Below, piece after piece: positions 53,690-64,000 of a stretch of DNA of 64,000 bases. This DNA comes from Ptychomitrium polyphyllum (taxonomy: Eukaryota). Within the stretch, counting starts at the first letter, position 1. Every line of letters starts with the position of its first letter. The DNA lies in the NCBI GenBank assembly GCA_973851085.1, contig OZ316775.1:21452001-21516000 (forward strand), in the 5' to 3' direction. Below the pieces are notes generated by a model. It was not told the DNA's origin. It was given only the letters and a program-made list of their open reading frames with translations, and searched no databases. The translations under genes and the position numbers were made by a program.

Positions 53690-54302
53690 ATTTTCTCTGG
53701 CAAGAAGTTCACGGCGGCGCAGACCAATGAGCTCTACAGGAGGCTGTGAATCCAGGAGAGCACCAACAACGTGCAGGATTACTATAAAGACGTCTCCAAT
53801 GGCGCAGTGAACATCAAAGGCGAGGTTGTGGGGCCATTCTGGATGCCGCACCCGATCGCAAATTATGCCAACGAGCGAAACGGAACAGGAGACTGCATTC
53901 GAACGCTAGAACCACGGCCAAAGCCGCGGCTGTCCACGCGAGCTCGAAAGTGAGCTTCACGCAGTACGACAACGACAACGATGACTTCGTCGACGCGTCC
54001 GTGACCGTGCAAGCCGGCGTGGGGGCCGAGCGGACGGGACAGCACAACGGCATCTGGTTGCACAAGTGGGTACGATCTTCCCGGGGCTCAGGTCAGTACG
54101 GCTCGTGGACGTTACCACCAATCCTTCCACGAATGCCAAAAATAACGCTGCTACTGTGATGATCATCAGCGGCATCAGCGATCCCGCGGATGTCATGCCG
54201 TTCTCTCTGGGTGTCAGCGCCGCCGTCTCTGCCCGCGTGCCTGCCGTTGCCAAGCTGCGAATTGGCCAATCGGCAGCTCAACTTGAGGCCAAACCTCACT
54301 AA
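53690..54302 (+). pseudogene. M6 family (immune inhibitor A-like) metalloprotease relic
   Basis: VQDYYKDVSNGAVNIKGEVVGPFWMP..YAN, frameshift, NARTTAKAA..VSFTQYDNDNDDFVDA..QAGVGAERTG..IWLHKW, then a jump to C-terminal FPG..TTNPST..ISGIS. TGA at 53747-53749 and no HExxH. Confidence 0.8.
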
Positions 54303-55002
54303 ACGTACTGCCAACAATTTGTTTCTACACTTGTTGAATCATGGTTGCTTTTGTCGATCGTTTAAGGTATGGGCTAGTCCGCGCTGTAAGATTTGTTACA
54401 CGGATTGAAAGGAATGCATAATGTATAGAGGATTGATGTTGTAGCCAACGTCAACGAAGATGATTATTTGATGACCTAGTCTGTAGAATTTGATTTGATT
54501 CTTTGCCGCTTCTGCACTTCGATGATCTTCGAATTAATCTATTCAGAATGTAGCAGAACGGTGTGACGTTTAATAGATGCTTGATTCCATTCCTTCAATT
54601 ACATGGTAATTAACCATTCTCCAAGTTGCACTAGGAGTAATTTATACCGACAAGTCCAGACGTCCTGATTGCCAACAGTTGTGGTGGTTCTTGGGCCGAC
54701 AGTTGAGATGATTCAAGTTGGCTTACCTGAATGAAAACCGCCATTAGTTTTAAGAAAATGATTTGATTACTTACAATTTGTAACAGTTCTTTCAATCGGC
54801 GTATTACCCTTCGCCAAATTATTAACTTTGCAGGAACTGGTGATATACTATCTGTAATGGGCTTGTTCGAACTAATTGGTGCGTTCTATAGAACTTCGGA
54901 CGAGGTGATATGGCCGAAAATGGCGTCTAAAAGACGATTGGCTATAAACTTCGTTACTGATCTTAGATTTGGAGAATCAATGCAGCTCTCAATAGAGCAC
55001 TT

Positions 55003-58000
55003 CTAGTGCACATTGCTCCACGAGTTGTACTCTACCCAGTCAAAGGCAATCGGTCCAAGGAAGGGCTCAGGGATGCCAAAGGCGTCGACGAGGTTGAGAG
55101 CTTGAGGCCGGAGCTCGCCGCAAAGGGTGGCTATTTCGGTGCCGATGAGCTGTGACTGCTTCGGTGATAGGTATCCATACCTGCAAGATCAGTGCACTCT
55201 TGAATTAGTTCAAACATCAATAAGTTCTGACGAAGGACTGGTCAATAATTATAAATGAATTCAAAATTTAAAATAACGGGAGAAAAACGAAAAACGAATC
55301 TTCTGGCACGCACCTCAAAAAGACTGGTGTCTCATCCGCGGATGACAACACGTAGAGTGACCTCACCAGTCCGAGCACCTCCTGCAAAGTAGAAATACGA
55401 AAGACAGAAGATTTGTTACAATGGTAATCATGCACAGAAACTGTAGGCGGAGTATAAATTCACACAACATGTTTTTCGAAGGAACTGGAGCAGTACTGAC
55501 CTTCATTGAGCCTGTGGTCTGTTGCTCGGCTCTCAAAAAGCTCTCCAGAATCGAGCGTTCAGAGAATGCCTGCCCTAAATCCTCGGCTAGTTGATAACTC
55601 TGGGAAGAAAACAGCCAACGACCAAATTATCAAGCCGTTCTCTCAAAGCCAGATCCTCTTACCAATTGCCAATTGATTGAATGCACTGCAACGGCCTCTA
55701 GAAGGATCAACACAGTACTTAGCAACAAAACAAATATTGAATTCATATGCCTCTTTTGATCCCAAAGCTAGGTGGAAAAAATCGTACAGAAATGACTGCA
55801 TCCGTCATAGAGACTCCCTTTGATGCAAGGGACGAAACTTGGGAAAACAAAAGCTCTAACAACCCCCGCTCCCTCAACTGGAGAAGTGCCAACTAGAACA
55901 AAAACAGGCATAAACGTCAGTCTTGATCAGCATGCATGAGCTTACTTGAACCTTGTTATATCGCAGTTCTTGTACAAGAAATTTAAAAAGTCACTAAGAA
56001 TATGAAAATAGACAAGAACGCTAAATAGAGCAGCGGACTTGTACTGCCTAGATACCTACATACCTGAAATCTAGAGCCACGAAGTGCAGTTTTGCTCAGT
56101 TCCTCAGGTATGACGGGAGCTGGACCGTTTATGTGCTCCAACCCCATTCCCTTCATGGGTTTCCCTTTCTTCTTAGCAGCCAAATAATCGGCCAACAGTG
56201 CTTTGCTGACCTAGAAAAAACCAGTACCCGATTTACACTCAGACGAACTCAATGTTTCAGACAAGCAATGATACATTGCGAAATGAACAAATATTCAAGT
56301 GAGAAAATATTCTCATAAACCTCATGAAAATCTAAAAGAACCAAATAGCATCCACTTATGTTATGAAACCAAACCTGCTGCATCAAGACATTATTGTCTC
56401 CCTCAAAAGTCAATTGGACATCATATTCAGCTTTCAGCGTTCCGACTCGATTGTCAGTCTTCAAACCCTGACCTCCGCATGCCTCTCGGCATTCCTACAC
56501 GACCAATTTGTAATTCTCAGCATATTAAACTTTAAGAGACCATATAACGATCAATCATTCAGTGACTCAGAGCAAGATATTATACAATAGCATAGATCGT
56601 TTTAGAGAAACATGCAGACACTAACCTGAAGCGTACGAAGATTGTGCCATGAGAAGACTGCTTTCAGGCCACTAGACAAGACGTGAATGGTTTTTGAGTC
56701 CTGTGGCTTACGCCTCACGTACAAGTACTTCAAATCCACAGAAGCAAAGCTCATTGCATATCTGCGTTTTGGCAACCATGTATATTAGCCCCAGGGAGCA
56801 AGATTTCACCACCCCTGAACACACAGATAATCCTAAACACTCACAGGGATCAATAAGAACAAGATAGCGACGAGATACTTACGTTTTGGCCAAAAGAGGA
56901 AGCAGCCGATGTTGATGACTAGGATAGTCCAGAAGAAGCACCTCAGGCTGATCTGGAGTCAACGAAAAAGCACGCCTTGCTAGAGCATACCGGATGGCTG
57001 TTGCTAAGCCCACCTTGGATTGATAAACAGCACTCACAGCAATCGTAACCCGACCAGATGTAAGAGGAGCCATAAAAGCACCAAATCTCTGTCAAACAGT
57101 AGGGATATCCAGGAAAAACGATTATTAGAAATCACATGACGACTGTAACTGATGAGCACAAGCCACAGACCAATCCACGTTGCTTCTACCAAGCAATATG
57201 TCCTATGCATCAAACGGTCGCTAGAACACCAACCTGGTCAGGATCTTTGATTGCACTTTCGTACTTTCCATCTGGAGTTACATCTGCTACTGCGTTGAGC
57301 AGATTCTCACGAGGGATTCTCACTTTATCAAACCTGACAGAGCAATTAGAGTTCCTTAAGATAAATTCCCATAATCCTTAAACAAACGAAACATGAGCTA
57401 AATCCAGCGTTTGTTAATGAATGTACTACTTTATGTTCGATTTTTACAACAATATAGGGACAGCTCTGTATAGTTAAATGGCAGTCTCAAACACACGATT
57501 TCATTTCATTTCGTTTCCAGCCCACAGTCAACCAAGAAAAGCTATACTAAAACATGCTAAACTATTCACTCTTGAAGGTGAGAGTAAAACTCACCAAATA
57601 CGACCGTTGTCAACGCCATTCAAACCAATCTTGTGACCACAGTCAGCAATTCGAATATCAGGGCATTCGCGTCCATATTGGTCCCGCAGTTGGCAAACAA
57701 AAGCGTGAACACCTTCATTCTTCCCGTTGATCAAAAGTTGCGAAAAGACAATTGTATGGGTGGCATGCTGCACAAGAACGAAGGAGCACAGTGAGAATAA
57801 AATAACTTCAAACTCCGAAACGTGCCCACAGTTTTGCACGTCACACTGGCAACTAAACCTAATTGACAAAATTTAAGGTTAAACAGGAACATCATCATTG
57901 CTAACTCTGACCTGCGCAGCTCCTCCAATCCAATATTTCTGAGCAGATTCACATGGAGTATTAATGACAAACTCCTCCGTCGAGGGATCATAGGTAGTCA

Positions 58001-59096
58001 CAGTTTCAATGCCTCGCACCTGAGCAAAAAGCCACCACAATTCAAAACCAAAAATTTAAGATGATAGAAAAGTCTACAAAAACCAGACAAAACTCTACAT
58101 TACTATTAATGCTGAAAACATACAAAAACTACTGGTCCATTCATATGGGCTATAGACGAGAAAATCTATTTCAAACTTTTTGCTGCTTTGCTTCAATTTT
58201 GAGATAGAAACTGCAATTGCTGCAAGTACTTACGTTACTGCCATGGCCGAGTTCGCTCATTGCAAAGCAGCCTCGGACTTGGTAGGCTTCAGTGAGAGCC
58301 AGCCACTTATCGTGGTGTCGCTTACTTCCCAAATACTGGATGGCACCGCCCCACAAGTGGATGTGCACTCCAAGCTTGATGGAAAGCGAGTGGTCAAAGA
58401 GACCAAGAGTTTCAAAAAGCGCGGCCCGTTTCAGAGCATCCTCAATTGAGGAATTCGTCAACCAGCCTTTGAAAACCCCCTTGCTTTGAAAGAACAAAAT
58501 GCGCTCTAGGGTTTTCTCCCTGTGCTCTTCCATCGTTGAGTTGAAGTTCGGAGTGGCAAACACCCTGTCTCCAACTCTTTTGCTCACAAACAGATCGCTG
58601 CTTAACATCAAATCCGTAAAGGATTTCCTCAGCTCCACATGGTGACCATCCAGCAACTTCCGCATAGCCGATTTGTCGAAGCTGGCTTTCTCTGTCACAT
58701 ATCATCACAAGAATCCTTACTCCTAGATTCTAGTCCCAAACTCCAAAACACGCTTGACTCTTCCAGCAATTGATCAAAATTAACCCAAGTACATGCCTTC
58801 CACAATGTAACTGATGTGTAATTACTAGATGAAACCAATAATCCTCAAAAAGACAAGAGACGATCGCCAACTGTTCACCAATTAACATACGAAACTCTGG
58901 AAATCGGAACAACTAAGAGTATAGGAAATTAGGCTAAATACTCACCGGAATGAAACTCCGGAGGCTGATACGCCAGGCATGGCGAGGGCTGCAAAAACGA
59001 AACAGGACTCAATTCCTGCGCCAGCTGCCTAGCGAGCACTGATGTGCGCCGTGCCGCAACATCACCACCACCACCACCGTCGTTCCGTCCCTCCAT
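55003..59096 (-). CDS. ACX3: Peroxisomal acyl-CoA oxidase, ACX3-like, about 13 exons
   Basis: PTS2-like [60 protein letters not shown] and C-terminal [24 protein letters not shown]. Confidence 0.93.
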
Positions 59097-60917
59097 CGCC
59101 GATCGCTTGTAGGCCTAGCCTAACCTCCCCCTCCCCAACTAAACCACAGTTCCAAGTACTAGACCTCTCCTCCAACTTCTTCCCAAACTCTCCAAGTGAA
59201 TCAACTCCGTCAGCCTCCAGAACTAGTACAGAAGTTAACATACCCACCCGCTCACATCAGCTGCGTGGTGAACCTGATCGAAGGTATGAAGTACTGTGGG
59301 TAGAAATGGATAAAGGCGCTGTCGTAACTATAAAGGCACAAAGTTTGGAATCCTAATCCAAGTTTCGGTGCGAACCCATCTGGTGGGGCCGGCAGAGCAG
59401 AGCTCGGGCGCTACAGACATAGAATTCGGAGTGGCGTGTGAGAACTTCGGAGCTGCCATGAGCATGCTGGTCAAGGCGCTGCCTTGCAAGTCGCGTTCGC
59501 CGCGAGAACACCTGCGCCCGCGGCTTCGCGGTTGGGGACCACGGTGCTTCCTCGCCCGGGCTTGGGGATGCTACCCAGGTGTACGACGGGTATGTGCCGA
59601 TATATCAGGTCCTGATCGACGTGGCCGTCGTGCTCTAGGACGCTTCTTAGTGACACAGGTGCTACACAGCCCCCCCCATGACATTCCAGAATAGTGCTGC
59701 ATGAGTTCACTTTCTAATTAATCAATCAAAATGTGATGCATCCTTATAGTTACCATACTTGGAAAGAGTGGCCTAATCTTGGTGTGTCATGTTCTTTTCT
59801 CTTAGTAACATCTTTTTACTATTTAGCTGTATGAAACAATGGGAATTAAAGAGTGGATGATATGTTCAATATAATTCATTATTTTTTAGAGTTGTGTACT
59901 ACAATACCCTTTTACAATAGCATTTATTGTAAGAATCCACTTTTTAAATTTATCAAAATGTGACACATGCTCACATTTTACCAGATTTAGGAAAGGTGTG
60001 GTCTTCTTGTTCTATAATGTCACAATGATTCTTGCATCCAATTAACAATTCATTTATTTTTCTTTTTGTTTTGCATTTTACAATGGTAGGAGGATGTTAT
60101 ACAATGAGAGAAGCAAATACATAACAAACAATCTTTTGGATAAATAGAATGAAAGTATCATATCTAACACCTATGGAGTCACTTTTTGATTAGGGCATGA
60201 TTAGATCATTTAACAATTAAAATAATCAAGTGGGCCTTTCAAGCATCTTCTTTGAAGTCCAACTACAGAGTTAATCAATACATCATTAATACTAACACAT
60301 GTTTCATTCACACTTCTCCTGTACTGAAGTTTTTCCTGTAGTAACTTTTTTATATTTACCACAATAACTTTAAGAATTGCAAGTGCAAACCAGTCTCAGT
60401 TGATGTCTGCAAAGCGATGCCGAACTTTGGCAAGAATAGTGTAATTCATCTTAATTCTTTTGCAGTGCTCCCTTCGTGTGGACATTGACGCAGTTTTCCT
60501 CGGCCTTTGTGCCAGGTGCCTGAAGAATTAAGCTGAGTTCTGTTTCGCATAGGTTGGTAATGAGACAGGTGGTCAGGTTTATAATGAAAAGCAGGTAGTT
60601 AGTTAGAAACACTAATACAGCATACCACGTGGATCCAAGCATTTGGCACCAAGAACAGTTTTCTTTTCCAAGGACGTTGCCATGCACCAGGAATAAAGCT
60701 TCAACTTCGTCGACACGCTGCAGCATGCCACCATGTGTTTCACGTGCGTAAGATCAATCGTGCCGTGCAGCGTGGATCTTTGGAAGAGACCTGATGCTCT
60801 TTGCACTGTGTGATTCACAGTGAAATAATTTCCCAAGTCGTGCCAATACAGTATTGTGCAACCACCACCTGAGATGTGGTTGGCACAGAAAACCAGCACC
60901 TCTTACAGCCCATCAGC

Positions 60918-62617
60918 ATGCTGAAATTGGTGACCAATCTAAGAAGATCAGTCGGTTGTGGCCATCGTCTTCGTCTTCGCCAGTGTTATCCCACACAAGT
61001 TGCCAACAATGTTCTTGCATCACCATTATGGCATCAACGTTGCTTCCGGCACCACCAGCACTTGGTTACAACAAATACTCCGTTAGTTTTCAACAGGGCA
61101 AGGCTTTATCAGAAGCCTTCATTGTCTTCAGGCTCTTTGAGAGGATTGGCTTCTTCATCTACAGCTTCTGGAACATCGTCCTCAGGATTCACAGCATGGT
61201 ACTTGCGCATGCTTAGCAGTTATCCCCTTCCTACCAAGATGATCACTGCTGCCAATATTCTTTCTTTTGCAGATATGACAGCCCAAGTAAGTTTCCCAGC
61301 AAGTTATCATCACAATTCCAGATTATTGTCAAATTTCTCACCTTTAGTTTAATCCAGGTCTGCTGTCACGGTCAATTAGATGATTATTAGTTCAAGGTTA
61401 AGGGGTCTTCAATTAGTTTATGTTCGGAACTTGAAGTATTTAAACAGAGGATTTGCTGCATCTGATTATATGCTTGCATCAATTTGGCAAGTATTATTTT
61501 AGAAGGCACTTAATTAGGTCTTCTTTGCAATTGAACAAAATGCATGTGACTTTCTTGTTGAGCAGTATCTTGCCAACATGATGCTGAAAGAAGGTGAACC
61601 GAAGCAAGAGTGGGACAAAATGCGGACATTACGAATGCTAGGAATTGGGGCATTTTTGAGTGCACCATTTCTCCACATGTGGTTCAATGTCATGCAAAGA
61701 ATAATGCCCAATTCGGATGTAGCCAGTACCGTGAAGAAAGTGCTGGCAGGACAACTTCTTGCGTCTCCTGTTGTCAACAGTGCTTTCTTTGCTATCAATT
61801 CCTTCCTTCAAGGTTTGCAAACTTCCAGTATCGACTCCGAGAGATGAACATATAGAGTATACGTAAAGAAGATACAGCTTCATCTTTGCTTTTTATTTTA
61901 CAGTTAGCAAAGTTCATGAAATTTTAAAATTGTGCACCATCTTTGCTTCATTTGCACGAGTTTGAATAATCTTCACAAACATGTATTGCTACCTCCAAAA
62001 CTTTCATTGCCATTTAAATTTTTTTCCTTTCTTATCGATTCTACAAATATCAGCTAAAAAATGTTATGATAGCATACAGGGGAGAATGCAGATCAAGCAA
62101 TTGAGAAAATCAAGCGTGACCTTTGGCCCACTTGGAAGAGTGGAGCCATTTACTGGCCCATCCTTGACTTCATCACGTTTCGTTACATCAAAATTCATCT
62201 TCAGGTATAAAATCTTGGACTTCAATTTGCTATCCTTTGAGCCTAGAAAGGCCATGTTAATTGTTCTCGAAGCCAGTAATCACGGGAGCAGCGAGCATGT
62301 TATAGTTCATAATGCGAAGGTCTTCTTGTGCATCCTCAAGTCAATACTCAAGTCGGCACTATGGGAAATAACCTTTTTCTAACCCTTAAACCAAAATACT
62401 GCAGTGCAGCCCCAAAAAAAAACTTGGCAATATGTTCTTCAATTGTGACAATTCAATGCAAACAAGTTTGAAGATTAATTTGTAACTCTTGCAGGTGTTT
62501 TTCAACAATTGCTGCTCATTCATCTGGACAATCTACCTCACTTCCATGGCAGGCAAGAAAGCTGAGGCTCCATCTCCAGAGCAAAGAAATCATCTTGAAC
62601 TTCCTAAACCATGTTGA
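60918..62617 (+). CDS. Mpv17/PMP22 family membrane protein, exons 60918-61286, 61566-61812, 62080-62204, 62495-62617
   Basis: WYLRMLSSYPLPTKMITAA..DMTAQ, RTLRM..G..HMWF, WPILDFITFRY and NCCSFIWTIYLT. Arg-rich presequence-like N-terminus and frame-consistent introns. Confidence 0.9.
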
Positions 62618-63751
62618 ATAGTATATCAGATACTTTTCGATATTTGGCGAACATTCACATAAACTTGGTTGCAACTTCATATTCTGTGGCTAAAGTCATC
62701 ACAATACTCTGAATCAAGTCAGAAGCACAGTAATGACCAGATCTCACCTTTTCTATAAAACAACTGAAACATCTTGCGTCTTGAATAGAAACTCATCAAA
62801 ACCTTGACTAGCATCCCTCTCTAATTAGAGATGTTTCGGAACTCTAATCCTTATAATATGAGACACTCATGAAGGTATCATAAATGCATTTCTCCACCCT
62901 ACTTTACTTCAAATCGTAGTCACACATTCTAAAATAATGGACACACGAAACAAAATCGTTTTCAAAATCATTCTCACATCGCATATGTCATGACTATCCA
63001 AAATTAAATCAAATAGTTCAGAACCAAATATGCCCGGAACTAGGAAATACGTAGTACACTTGCCACAATTAACATCCCAAACACCAAAGTATAACGACAA
63101 CCTCATTTAAAAGACTACCATGGTGAGAGTGATATAAAGAACTACAATTCTTTTTTGCAACCTTGCATTTTACAGTCTCAAGGAACTATAACTACTATAC
63201 AGATTGGCAGAGATACCTGCAGCGTCACCACAGCCAAAAGACAAGCTTATAAGTTACATCTCCCACAGGGAGTAGCTCTCGTCTGAACTTGCACCTCCAC
63301 GACAACTGGTGAATGTTGATGCTTCGTACGCGTTGAGGACAACGGCTGTACCTTTTGAGGTGACCACTATAAGACCGTGACTGTTGTGCTCATTGATAAC
63401 CTGAGGTAGATGGGACATGTCTTCAACAAAACCATGAGACCGTCGCCCTCGCCTTCAAATTTCAAGGGCAAATATTAGGTTGATGAGTCAGGCCTGACCT
63501 GCTAACCGGTCGCTTTTTGCTGGTCATATCTTTCCATGGCAACGAACCCTTGTACTTGTAAAACCCTCGCATATAATCCTCACTTGCTCGAGGAAAAACC
63601 CAGCTGCCTCAAGACGCTAAGGGGTCCTAAAATCATATATATCACAATCCAAAGAAATGAATCATGACCCGCTATGATACAACTTTCTAGAGTTCTAAAA
63701 AAGAAAGAAAAAAAGGAGAAAAAGAAATTCCCACTTTCAGACATCTCGTTA

Positions 63752-63871
63752 CTAATGAGTCTCGAGCTTGGGTCTTTTGAGAGAAGGTTCCGTCTCAGCA
63801 GCCATTGGTGATGGTCGGGTTCTTCCCTGAGATTGATGACTCTGGGCAGAAGACTCAGGTGTTGTAGCAAC
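63752..63871 (-). CDS. Probable terminal exon of a gene extending beyond the window
   Basis: Acceptor taccag then VATTPESSAQSHQSQGRTRPSPMAAETEPSLKRPKLETH* with NLS-like KRPKL. Confidence 0.45.
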   Translation of the reverse strand, partial: VATTPESSAQSHQSQGRTRPSPMAAETEPSLKRPKLETH

Positions 63872-64000
63872 CTGGTATCAATAACAAAAGCCAAGCATTA
63901 GTCTCCGAATATACTACATGCAGATAAAGATTGTATGATAACACATATACATATAAGATATTCGAAACCAGGGTTCAGCATTCCACACCACTTCAAGCAT

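Overview
Eukaryotic nuclear DNA with spliceosomal GT-AG introns, very probably a moss (PpDHNA-type repeat dehydrin, moss-like STY kinase, AT-rich decayed retroelements). Seven genes reconstruct with intact frames: a repeat-rich dehydrin (-), thylakoid kinase STN8 (+), an ANT1-type amino acid transporter (+), a plastid ABC-F protein (-), Tat subunit HCF106/TatB (+), ACX3-type acyl-CoA oxidase (-) and an Mpv17/PMP22 protein (+). There is also one unknown ORF and the last exon of a gene running off the right end. Between them lie many broken genes: a kinase with one in-frame TAG, an O-fucosyltransferase, an RBR E3 ligase, a second kinase relic, a frameshifted aspartic protease, and a scrambled microbial-type M6/InhA metalloprotease with pieces on opposite strands. 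The M6 relic is the most unusual item. Also present are Copia and LTR remnants, a TIR-bounded MITE and a perfect 238-bp tandem duplication. No CRISPR, rRNA or tRNA was seen, and I cannot support a wholly new biological system. All family calls come from motif recognition by eye, not database searches.
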